Of a stretch of 64,000 nucleotides of DNA, positions 8,800 through 17,871 are shown in pieces (positions within the stretch are counted from its first letter, which is position 1; each line of letters starts with the position of its first letter). A program made the translations under genes and the position numbers. The notes under the pieces are model-generated. The model saw nothing but the letters and a program-made list of their open reading frames with translations, had not been told where the DNA came from and ran no database searches. Where the stretch lies: contig JBBRCQ010000010.1 in NCBI GenBank assembly GCA_038204725.1, positions 9,072 through 73,071 on the forward strand. Reading direction: 5' to 3'. The DNA is from Bacteroidales bacterium. GTDB lineage: Bacteria > Bacteroidota > Bacteroidia > Bacteroidales > JACABE01.

Positions 8800-10410
8800 A
8801 TGAGTAACGAAACTACTAAAACAGAATATGTAAGTTATCTGGATCATCAGGGAAAGTATAAAGGATTGTTTTCCTGGATTTTTTCTACAGATCATAAAAG
8901 AATAGCGTTGCTTTATATGTATGCAATTTCAACGTTTTTCTTTGTGGGTGCTACTTTGGGTTTATTAATGCGATTAGAACTGATTGCACCCGGCGAAACG
9001 ATTATGAAACCACAAACCTACAATGGAATTTTTACGGTACATGGAATCATTATGATTTTCATGGTTGTTATTCCCGGATTATCAGCAATATTTGGAAATT
9101 TCTTTTTACCTATTCATATTGGTGCTAAGGATGTGGCTTTCCCAAAATTAAATTTATTTTCATGGTGGGTCTTTATAACAGGTAGTGTATTGGCAATTGC
9201 TTCTCAGTTTTTAAAAAGCGGACCTCCCGATACAGGATGGACCTTTTACGCCCCTTATAGCACGACTACAGGCACCAGTGTGATCATGGCTACTACAGCT
9301 GCATTTGTGCTTGGCTTCTCTTCTATCCTCACCGGACTGAACTTTATTGTTACAATTCATCAAATGCGTGCTCCGGGTATGAAATTCTTTAGTATGCCTT
9401 TATTTCCATGGTCAATTTATGCAACAGCTTGGATTCAATTACTTGCAACACCTATTATCGGGATAACGCTTTTAATGCTCATCGCAGAAAGACTTTTCGG
9501 AATTGGTTTTTTTAATCCTGAATTAGGTGGTGATCCGATACTGTTTCAACATTTGTTCTGGATTTATTCACATCCAGCAGTTTATATTATGATTCTTCCG
9601 GCAATGGGAGTTATCACAGAAATAATCCCTACTTTTTGTCAGAAAAGAATTTATGGTTACAAAGCCATTGCTTATTCAAGTATAGCCATTGCTGCCGTTG
9701 GCTTCCTGGTTTGGGGGCATCACATGTTTACTTCAGGTATGAGCGAAACAGCCAGATGGTTCTTTTCATTACTTACTTTTATTGTAGCTGTTCCAAGTGC
9801 GATTAAAGTTTTCAACTGGATTTCTACCATGTACAAAGGGTCTATTGACTTAAAGCCACCTTTTTTGTATTCCCTTTCGTTCATCTTCCTTTTTATAATA
9901 GGCGGCTTAACCGGTTTATTACAAGGTGCTGTTGCAATAAACATTCAGATACACGATACTTCATTTATTGTTGCACATTTTCATTACATTATTTTTGGAG
10001 GAATGGGTTTTGCATTTTTTGCAGCCCTTCATTATTGGTTACCTAAAATGTATGGCAGAATGTATAATTTCAAAATTGCCAATATTGCCTGGGGAATCAT
10101 TTTTATCGGTTTTAACTTTTTATATTTCCCTCAATTTATTCTTGGAATGCAAGGTATGCCAAGAAGATATTTCGATTATTTACCTATGTTTCAAACAGGT
10201 CAAATAATATCTACACTTGGTGGTATAACTTTAATATCAGGATTAATACTCATGGTATATAATTTAATATCCGGAATGAAAACAGGAGCAATTGCAACAG
10301 CAAACCCTTGGAATGGATCTACCTTGGAATGGCAGATCCCTTCACCCCCACCGCTGGAGAATTTTGATGTACCACCTGTTGTAAAAGAAAATCCTTACGA
10401 TTATAATTAG
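8800..10410 (+). CDS. ctaD: Cytochrome c oxidase subunit I, A2-type
   Basis: 536 aa with 12 or more TM and GHHMFTSGM. The helix VI motif FWIYSHPAVY carries the Tyr-Ser substitution for the HPEVY glutamate that defines A2-type haem-copper oxidases. Confidence 0.95.
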   Translation: MSNETTKTEYVSYLDHQGKYKGLFSWIFSTDHKRIALLYMYAISTFFFVGATLGLLMRLELIAPGETIMKPQTYNGIFTVHGIIMIFMVVIPGLSAIFGNFFLPIHIGAKDVAFPKLNLFSWWVFITGSVLAIASQFLKSGPPDTGWTFYAPYSTTTGTSVIMATTAAFVLGFSSILTGLNFIVTIHQMRAPGMKFFSMPLFPWSIYATAWIQLLATPIIGITLLMLIAERLFGIGFFNPELGGDPILFQHLFWIYSHPAVYIMILPAMGVITEIIPTFCQKRIYGYKAIAYSSIAIAAVGFLVWGHHMFTSGMSETARWFFSLLTFIVAVPSAIKVFNWISTMYKGSIDLKPPFLYSLSFIFLFIIGGLTGLLQGAVAINIQIHDTSFIVAHFHYIIFGGMGFAFFAALHYWLPKMYGRMYNFKIANIAWGIIFIGFNFLYFPQFILGMQGMPRRYFDYLPMFQTGQIISTLGGITLISGLILMVYNLISGMKTGAIATANPWNGSTLEWQIPSPPPLENFDVPPVVKENPYDYN

Positions 10411-10423
10411 AAAAACAAATGCT

Positions 10424-11041
10424 ATGAATGATCAACTGAAACACACTGAAGTACACAGAGATGACGAAGCATCCAAATTAGGCATGTGGCTCTTCATTTT
10501 TACAGAACTCCTTTTATTCGGAGGTTTATTCCTGGTTTATTCAATTTATAGAGCACAATATCATGAAAATTTTCATGAAGGGAGTTTAGAATTAAGTGTC
10601 ACAATAGGTGCAATCAACACAATTGTGCTTTTATTCAGTAGTATGACCATTGCAATGGCTTTAACTGCTATGCAAAAAAACAATAAAAAATTGGCTCTGA
10701 TAATGATTGCGGTTACATTGCTGATGGCTTTCATCTTTTTAGTGAATAAATATTTTGAATGGGGTGCAAAGTTTCATCATGGATTATACCCCGGATCTGA
10801 TTTAATGTCTCACTTAGAAAGAGGTCATCTTTTATATTTCAGCCTGTATTTTTTTATGACCGGATTGCACGCATTACATATTATTGTTGGGATGACACTT
10901 CTATTAATTGTATTTTTTAAAGTGAAAAATGGAAACATTCATTATCAAAAATATGTATTTCTGGAAAATGGAGCGCTTTACTGGCATCTTGTAGATTTAA
11001 TCTGGATTTTCTTATTCCCGTTAATGTATTTAATTTCATGA
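10424..11041 (+). CDS. ctaE: Cytochrome c oxidase subunit III (short form)
   Basis: 205 aa, polytopic, with a WHLVDLIWIFLFP motif. Confidence 0.85.
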   Translation: MNDQLKHTEVHRDDEASKLGMWLFIFTELLLFGGLFLVYSIYRAQYHENFHEGSLELSVTIGAINTIVLLFSSMTIAMALTAMQKNNKKLALIMIAVTLLMAFIFLVNKYFEWGAKFHHGLYPGSDLMSHLERGHLLYFSLYFFMTGLHALHIIVGMTLLLIVFFKVKNGNIHYQKYVFLENGALYWHLVDLIWIFLFPLMYLIS

Positions 11042-11056
11042 TAAAATTATATTAAA

Positions 11057-11341
11057 ATGGCTAATCACAGTTCACATACAACAGCATATAAAGTATTGGG
11101 AAGGGTTTTAATTACTTTAATGACGCTTACTTTCCTAACCATTTATATTACCTCTATTCATCTGGCTGCATTAACTGTTATGGTAGCATTATTAATTGCA
11201 GGCATTAAAGGATTTTTGGTTATGTATTATTTTATGCATTTAAAATATGAAACTTTATTGTTGCGTATTCTTGTGAGCATGACCATTGTTCTATTCATCG
11301 TTATTGTTTTAGTAACATTTATTGATTATTCATACAGATAA
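11057..11341 (+). CDS. Cytochrome c oxidase subunit IV-like small membrane protein
   Basis: 94 aa, 3 TM. Position follows subunit III, as in ctaF/CoxIV genes. Confidence 0.65.
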   Translation: MANHSSHTTAYKVLGRVLITLMTLTFLTIYITSIHLAALTVMVALLIAGIKGFLVMYYFMHLKYETLLLRILVSMTIVLFIVIVLVTFIDYSYR

Positions 11342-11351
11342 ATAAAAAAAT

Positions 11352-12272
11352 ATGTTTTCTAACGCTTCGAATTTTGTTCAGAATGTAGATTATGCATTTC
11401 TGATAATTTTAGGAATCTCATTTTTCTTTTTAATTTTATTAACTGCAATAATGGTTGTTTTTGTAGTAAAATATAATAAGAAAAAACACAGCAAAGCTGT
11501 TCAGATAAAAGACAATCCACTTTTAGAAATTACATGGACTATAGTACCATTGATTCTTGCACTTTATATGTTTTATATCGGCTGGGAAGGATTTCTTCCG
11601 ATGCGAAAAGCACCTAAAGATGCGATGGAAGTGAATGTAATCGGAAGAATGTGGAAATGGACGTTTGAGTACCCAGGCAATAAACTATCTGATACACTAA
11701 TATTACCAATACATAAATCGGTCAAACTCAACCTTATTTCAAAAGATGTTATCCATGGTTTCTTTATTCCTTCTTTTAGAATTAAAGAAGACGTTGTACC
11801 CGGGAAAAAAAATTATACATGGTTTATTCCCGGCGAATTGGGTGATTACAATCTGTTTTGTTCTTCCTATTGTGGGGTTAGCCATTCCTATATGTCAGCT
11901 ATTGTCAGGATTGTTCCCGATGTAAATTACTCAAAGTGGATAGCTGCTTTACCCGCTAAGCCATCAGAAAATCATGAAGGATATAAAATTATGGAAAATA
12001 ACGGATGTTTTTCATGTCATACAGTGGATGGAACTAAAAATGTAGGTCCTAGTTTCAGGGGATTATTCGGATCAACTATCGAAGTAATTACAAATGGGAA
12101 CCCAAGAAAAATCACAGTAGATGCAGAATACATTAAGTCTTCAGTTTATGAACCGGATAAAGATGTTGTGGTTGATTATCAAAAAGGACTCATGAAATCC
12201 TATCAAGGACTTATTAAAGAGAAAGAAATAAACGGAATAACAGAATATTTAAAAACATTAAACAAAAAATAA
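11352..12272 (+). CDS. ctaC: Cytochrome c oxidase subunit II with fused C-terminal cytochrome c (caa3 type)
   Basis: Two N-terminal TM helices. CuA site VIHGF...CSSYCGVSHSYM. C-terminal CFSCH haem c domain. Confidence 0.9.
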   Translation: MFSNASNFVQNVDYAFLIILGISFFFLILLTAIMVVFVVKYNKKKHSKAVQIKDNPLLEITWTIVPLILALYMFYIGWEGFLPMRKAPKDAMEVNVIGRMWKWTFEYPGNKLSDTLILPIHKSVKLNLISKDVIHGFFIPSFRIKEDVVPGKKNYTWFIPGELGDYNLFCSSYCGVSHSYMSAIVRIVPDVNYSKWIAALPAKPSENHEGYKIMENNGCFSCHTVDGTKNVGPSFRGLFGSTIEVITNGNPRKITVDAEYIKSSVYEPDKDVVVDYQKGLMKSYQGLIKEKEINGITEYLKTLNKK

Positions 12273-12306
12273 ACTGAAAAAGCTGCTGATAAATATTATA
12301 CCTGCC

Positions 12307-13143
12307 TTGATAAAATACAAGGTTTCATTGGCTGTAACATTTACAGCTATTACAGGTTATATCCTTTACAATGGAAATATTGATTTTCAGTTACTTTATT
12401 TAGCATTGGGCGTATTTATACTTGCAGGTGGAGTGAGTGCATTCAATGAATTTCAGGAACGTGAATATGATGCAAAAATGAACAGGACAATGCATCGCCC
12501 AATTCCTTCGGGGGAAATCTCGCCTCAACTTGCACTTTTTATTTCTTTACTTTTTATAGTAATTGGAATTGTAATATTGTTTGTTTTTTTCGGAACAATC
12601 ACAACATTATTAGGATTATTCAATGTAATATGGTATAATTTAATCTATACAAATCTCAAAAAAATCACACCGTTTGCAGTGGTTCCCGGTTCATTAACCG
12701 GAGCTGTACCCGTTTTAATAGGCTGGACTGCTGCAGGAGGGTATATCTTTGATTCAGCTATCATTTATATTGCATTGTTTGTTTTTGTGTGGCAAATACC
12801 GCATTTCTGGTTATTAATGCTTAAATACGGCGAGGAATATGAAGCAGCCGGTTTCCCCACTATCAATCAATCATTTAACCCCGAAAATCTGAAAATAATC
12901 ATATTTTCCTGGGTTATAGCAACTACTATTATTTCGATGATGCTGCCTTTGTTTATTGTGAATATATCATTGCCGTTTTTTGTAGCCGTTTTTGTTTTAA
13001 ATATACTGTTTGTTGGAATTTTTACATTGCTGACATTTGGGAAAGTCACTGAACTGAATCTTAAACGTTCTTTTATCGGTATCAATATCTACATGTTCAT
13101 TTTCATGGTGATGCTCACCATTTATCATCTTTTTGAATTATAA
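12307..13143 (+). CDS. ctaB: Protohaem IX farnesyltransferase (haem O synthase)
   Basis: 278 aa UbiA-type polytopic protein (NEFQEREYDAKMNRT..RP). There is no in-frame ATG/GTG upstream, so a TTG start at 12307 is assumed. Confidence 0.85.
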   Translation: MIKYKVSLAVTFTAITGYILYNGNIDFQLLYLALGVFILAGGVSAFNEFQEREYDAKMNRTMHRPIPSGEISPQLALFISLLFIVIGIVILFVFFGTITTLLGLFNVIWYNLIYTNLKKITPFAVVPGSLTGAVPVLIGWTAAGGYIFDSAIIYIALFVFVWQIPHFWLLMLKYGEEYEAAGFPTINQSFNPENLKIIIFSWVIATTIISMMLPLFIVNISLPFFVAVFVLNILFVGIFTLLTFGKVTELNLKRSFIGINIYMFIFMVMLTIYHLFEL

Positions 13144-13155
13144 TGCTAACGAAAC

Positions 13156-13977
13156 TCAATTTATTTTTGTTGTCCGTTTAGCGATATAATAACTTAATTC
13201 ATACAACATATAGAGCGGAAGTGAAACAAGTATCTGAGTGAACATATCGGTGGAAGGAGTAATAAAACCTGATAGAATAAAAATAATGATAATGGCATAA
13301 TTTCTTTTAGCTCTCATTAATTGTGGCGTAATCAAACCGATTTTTGTCAGAAAAAAAATGAAAACAGGTAATTCGAAAACAAGACCCATAGAAAGTGAAA
13401 GCGTAGTGATTGTTGAAATATAAGAGCTAATTGTGATATTATTTTTTATCAATGAACTCAACTCGTAGGATGATAAAAAATTTATTGTGAGTGGAGCTAT
13501 TACATAATACCCAAACAGAACACCAATGATAAAAAGCAATGAAATATAAGATACCATCCCACTTGAATAATGCTTTTCTTTTACTGTTAATGCAGGTTTT
13601 ATAAATAACCAGAACTGATAAATTATAAACGGAAAAGCCACTACTATACCGGCAATAAACGAAATGACCATGTGATAGCGAAACTGACCACCCAATTCGA
13701 TATTAATGAGCTGTAAATTAATCTGAGATACACAAAGGTCAGGTAAATTTAAAAAAACGGCTAATTTACATAAAACGCGATAAGTGATAAACGAAGGTTC
13801 GCTGGGAGCAAGAATCACTGAATTGAACAGGAAATCTTTAAAATAAAATGCAATAATTGCCAATATAAAAATGGATAACACTGCACGAATCAGATATTTT
13901 CTAAGAATGTCAACATGATCCCAAAAGCTCATGTCGTCCTTCTTCTTATGAAGTGAACGAAATAAAAAACCAAACAT
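13156..13977 (-). CDS. tatC: Twin-arginine translocase subunit TatC
   Basis: 273 aa, 6 TM. N-terminus MSFWDHVDILRKYLIR matches the TatC signature. Confidence 0.9.
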   Translation of the reverse strand: MFGFLFRSLHKKKDDMSFWDHVDILRKYLIRAVLSIFILAIIAFYFKDFLFNSVILAPSEPSFITYRVLCKLAVFLNLPDLCVSQINLQLINIELGGQFRYHMVISFIAGIVVAFPFIIYQFWLFIKPALTVKEKHYSSGMVSYISLLFIIGVLFGYYVIAPLTINFLSSYELSSLIKNNITISSYISTITTLSLSMGLVFELPVFIFFLTKIGLITPQLMRAKRNYAIIIIFILSGFITPSTDMFTQILVSLPLYMLYELSYYIAKRTTKIN

Positions 13978-13981
13978 ACAT

Positions 13982-14185
13982 CTATTTTTTTATTTCTTGT
14001 TTGGGATCTTCTTTGTCAGTTTTTACTTCATCATTGTAAACGCCATCTTTGGCTTTTGTAAATTCATTGATTCCTTTGCCAATGCCACGCATCAATTCAG
14101 GTATTTTTTTCCCGCCAAATAAAATCAAAATTGCGATGATAATTAGAATAATTTCCTGACCACCTAATATTCCCAATAGTATCAT
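13982..14185 (-). CDS. tatA: Twin-arginine translocase subunit TatA/E
   Basis: 67 aa with a single TM plus an amphipathic helix: ILILFGGKKIPELMRGIGKGINEFTKA. Confidence 0.9.
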   Translation of the reverse strand: MILLGILGGQEIILIIIAILILFGGKKIPELMRGIGKGINEFTKAKDGVYNDEVKTDKEDPKQEIKK

Positions 14186-14496
14186 GATATATTTTATTTA
14201 ATATGAATGCTGAAACAATCTTCTTTTACTACTAAAAAACCTAATATGCTCTCATTTTATATTTACAAAAATACACTATTTCTGCTATTAAAATCAAAAA
14301 TTTATCATAAAAAGAAACACAGAAAAATTTATAGGTTCACAAACAATTATAATTTTCGATTATAAAAACCAAATCATTATAATTCATCCCATTGCAACCA
14401 AACAATAACTTTTATTTGAATAAATCATTCACAATAAACAACTATGTATTCAACAAAACAGAACCGTTAGCTATTTAAATGAGAAATCCTGTATTT

Positions 14497-17280
14497 TTAG
14501 TATTTTCCAGCAAGTAATGAATAGATTATCAGTATCACAAGTATAATCCCAGTAAACAAGGCTATAAATCCAAATATTTTTACAAATTTAAGCCATGATT
14601 TAGTGATTTCTGTTTTAACAATATATTTCTCCATATCACCTGCTTCTTCCATTTTTTCAAATTCTTTGGGACGGTCAATTTTATATTCTTCCAATTCAAC
14701 ATGACCGGTAAAAATAACAGTATCCATTGGAAATGCTTCAGGACGCAAATGAGTATTGAAGAAATGAATAGTGAATATAAAAACTACAGCTAATAGTGCT
14801 TCATCACTATGTATAATTTGAGCTACATTAATAATCCAGCCGGGAAATATTTTGGTAAATATTTCAGGAAACCATAAAATTAAACCGGAGAATCCAATCA
14901 CAGCAACACCCCAAAAAACAGCCATATAATCAAACTTTTCCCAATAAGTCCATCTACCATATTTAGGACGTTCGCCCAACCATAAAAACCATTTAATAGT
15001 CGCAATGAAATCTATAACATCTTGTTTGTTAAACATTAATGTATTCGATCCAAAAATGAAAGATCCGATTTTTTTATTTTGGGCTTTTTTGAGTTTTAAT
15101 AAAGATACGATATGGAAAATAAAGTATCCAAAAGTAATTAATGCTGCAAAACGATGGATATTGCCTGCAATTTCAACACCACCCATTAATCTTGCAAAGT
15201 TATTTGCCCAGCTCATGTGGGCAAACTTAAGCATCATACCCGTAAAGGCTAACAATAAGAAGCTGAGTATTACAAAAATGTGAGTGATCCGCTGGCTTTT
15301 TGTAAATCGTCGGATGTATATTGCTTCTCCTTGTGGTAATGGATGACGTTTCTTTTTTCTGGCTTCAACAATGGAACGGGGAATCCATAAAAGTGTATGT
15401 ATTCCGAAAAATCCAAAAACACCAAAAAGCAATGAAGTCATACCCCAAAATGTATAATAAAGTATATTATTATCATTGTGGGTAGCATGAGATAAAAATC
15501 CTGTAAATTTCAGATTTGCATTGGCATGACATTTTTTACAGGTTTTTACAATGTATTTTTCTCCTACACTGGATTCGGGATTATTAATGTTCAGAATATT
15601 ATGTGCACCATGACAATCAGAACATCTAGCCGTTTTTAACTGACCCAGTGTATATGCTTTCCCATGATAGGTTTCCATATAGGAAGATGAAAGTTTTTCG
15701 TGACACGAGCCACATTGAATTGTAATCTGAGTTAAAAATTGATCTTTGTCGATTTCTGTAATCGTATGTGCTGTATGACAATTAGCACAAGTTGGATATT
15801 TTTTATCTTTTGTATTTTTTAAAATTGAATGATCACTGCTGATATATTCATTATAAATACTTTTATGACATTTTCCACAGGTTTTTGGGATTTGAAGCGG
15901 GTTTACCGTTGAATTAGGATCAGATTCCTTTAAAACATTATGTGAGGTGTGACAATCGGTACAAATCGCACTAGCTAGCAATCCTTTATTCATTAAACCT
16001 TTCCCATGAACACTCTTGGAATAATCACTAAAAGCATCTATTTCTTTTAAATTTGTATTGATAACAGCTTTTCCGTTTTTATTATGACACTTTCCACAAA
16101 GTTTCGGACTGTTTGCTCTGTTTGTTTCTGAATTCTCATCATATCTGCTTAATATAATATGTGTTCCATGACAATCGGTACAATAGGGTGCATTCGATTT
16201 TTTACCATAAAATGCCTGTCCATGTCCACTATTTATGTAAATATTCGAAACTGCTTCATGACATATAGAACAATCTACTTTACCTACTGTTTTACAGGGT
16301 CGAACATGGCTATTATCTTTAGTTACGTCAGCATGGCATTTATCACAGGCAATATTTTTATGAGGTGTATTCATAAAATCTTCATGATTGATTTTTAAGG
16401 ATACTTTTTTATTATTTACAATTTTAAAAGTATTATCAGACTCATGACATTTTGTACATACCTGATTGGATATGGAAATTTCTTCTTTTTGACGTTTTAT
16501 TTTATGTGATGAATGGCAATCGTTGCAACTGGGTATACTTCCCGCTTTCTTTTCCCATAATTCACTCTTTATAACCTTTTTATGAACCATTTCAATGTTA
16601 GTATGACATTTCATGCAGGTAGATGCAATTTTTTTACTAGAAGTAGTAGCCTGAGGATTGATATGGGGAAGTATCAAATGGTTCCCATGACAATCATTAC
16701 AAGTTGCTGAAACTATCAGTCCACTTTCTAACAATCCTTTTCCATGTATACTCTCACTGTAATTGGTGAGAATATTTTGCGTAGTTATGTTATATAATCG
16801 AGCAACCGGAGCGCCTTCTTTATGACATTTACCACACAAAACAGGAATGTTCATTTTATAAGTAACTGATTTTACATTGGTATGTGAAAGGACATCATGT
16901 TTTCCATGACATTCCTTACAATCAGGAGCATAAGGAGCATTAAATTTTAATGCCTGCCCATGAATACTAATACCAAATTGATATTCAGCATTTTTATGAC
17001 AACTGCCACAACTTACTTCCTTGAGATTTTCGGGATGAGGAAAATCTGTTACATTCGCATCTTTATGGCAAGATATACATTTTACATTTTTATGTATAGA
17101 ATTCCCAATTATACTTTTATTGACAAACAATGAAACGGTTTTGCCATTGGATACTTTTGTCAGGGTTTTATCACTATGGCAACCATAACAGTCATCATTC
17201 GTCTGTGAATATAAATTACCTGTAAAAAAAAGAAAACTCGTAATTACTAGTAATAGGATTGCCTTGATAACATTTAACAT
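14497..17280 (-). CDS. Multihaem cytochrome c (19 CxxCH) fused to a dihaem cytochrome b-like membrane domain (CbcL-like architecture)
   Basis: 927 aa. Signal peptide, then 19 CxxCH motifs (7 are CxxCHxxH) in residues about 30-590. About six TM helices follow, with the FdnI/HydC-type His pattern (RFTKSQRITH, GNIHRF...FIFH, IIHSD...TIHFFNTH). Confidence 0.85.
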   Translation of the reverse strand: MLNVIKAILLLVITSFLFFTGNLYSQTNDDCYGCHSDKTLTKVSNGKTVSLFVNKSIIGNSIHKNVKCISCHKDANVTDFPHPENLKEVSCGSCHKNAEYQFGISIHGQALKFNAPYAPDCKECHGKHDVLSHTNVKSVTYKMNIPVLCGKCHKEGAPVARLYNITTQNILTNYSESIHGKGLLESGLIVSATCNDCHGNHLILPHINPQATTSSKKIASTCMKCHTNIEMVHKKVIKSELWEKKAGSIPSCNDCHSSHKIKRQKEEISISNQVCTKCHESDNTFKIVNNKKVSLKINHEDFMNTPHKNIACDKCHADVTKDNSHVRPCKTVGKVDCSICHEAVSNIYINSGHGQAFYGKKSNAPYCTDCHGTHIILSRYDENSETNRANSPKLCGKCHNKNGKAVINTNLKEIDAFSDYSKSVHGKGLMNKGLLASAICTDCHTSHNVLKESDPNSTVNPLQIPKTCGKCHKSIYNEYISSDHSILKNTKDKKYPTCANCHTAHTITEIDKDQFLTQITIQCGSCHEKLSSSYMETYHGKAYTLGQLKTARCSDCHGAHNILNINNPESSVGEKYIVKTCKKCHANANLKFTGFLSHATHNDNNILYYTFWGMTSLLFGVFGFFGIHTLLWIPRSIVEARKKKRHPLPQGEAIYIRRFTKSQRITHIFVILSFLLLAFTGMMLKFAHMSWANNFARLMGGVEIAGNIHRFAALITFGYFIFHIVSLLKLKKAQNKKIGSFIFGSNTLMFNKQDVIDFIATIKWFLWLGERPKYGRWTYWEKFDYMAVFWGVAVIGFSGLILWFPEIFTKIFPGWIINVAQIIHSDEALLAVVFIFTIHFFNTHLRPEAFPMDTVIFTGHVELEEYKIDRPKEFEKMEEAGDMEKYIVKTEITKSWLKFVKIFGFIALFTGIILVILIIYSLLAGKY

Positions 17281-17363
17281 TTTTATTGGGTTTAATTCTT
17301 AAACAAAAGGATTGATGATAAAAACTTGAGCTTTTTTATATGTTTGTTCAAAAGATGTATAAA

Positions 17364-17406
17364 TTAAATCACGAATTGGAACTAAATGCCCCAATTCGTG
17401 ATTTAA
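17364..17406 (-). promoter_or_regulatory. Perfect 16-bp inverted repeat (stem-loop) between the monohaem cytochrome gene and the 19-haem gene
   Basis: TTAAATCACGAATTGG, an 11-nt loop, then CCAATTCGTGATTTAA. On the transcribed (minus) strand it is followed by UUUAU. Possible attenuator or mRNA-stability element. Confidence 0.5.
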
Positions 17407-17425
17407 TATTAAAGTGAATCAGAAC

Positions 17426-17818
17426 TTAAAGTGTCCTCAAATAATTCACTAAATTCCATTTTTCATTATCATCTTTAATTTTAGTCTTGTATGCAGGCAT
17501 TTTACCATGTCCTGTATTTATTTTATAGAAAATAGCACCATCTGTTTGTGTTTTGAATGTTTTCAATGTAAAATCAGAAGGTTCTGCCATTTTACCAACT
17601 CCTTTACCAGTGGCGCCATGACACAATTTACAGGTCTTTGTAAACAAAACTTTACCTGCAGCAATAGATGTAGCATCAGAATTTACAGGATTTTTAACAG
17701 AGGCAGCAGCAGCAGGTACATCCCAGCCTTTGTCAACGCTAACAAAAGAAAACAGACATAAAACAATGGTAGCCATTGAAAAAGTGATAACTACTTTTTT
17801 AAATTTTACTTTTTTCAT
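17426..17818 (-). CDS. Periplasmic monohaem class-I cytochrome c
   Basis: One CKLCHG and a Met ligand context HGKMPAY. Start moved to Met 17818 (MKKVKFKK plus hydrophobic signal). Same subfamily pattern (W-D-V-P...NP...G...CxxCHG..GKG) as the N-terminus of the 6684 cytochrome. Confidence 0.85.
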   Translation of the reverse strand: MKKVKFKKVVITFSMATIVLCLFSFVSVDKGWDVPAAAASVKNPVNSDATSIAAGKVLFTKTCKLCHGATGKGVGKMAEPSDFTLKTFKTQTDGAIFYKINTGHGKMPAYKTKIKDDNEKWNLVNYLRTL

Positions 17819-17871
17819 GTTATTTCTCCTTAGTTTTAAATGATTAATAATATATAATGTACTAAACAAAA

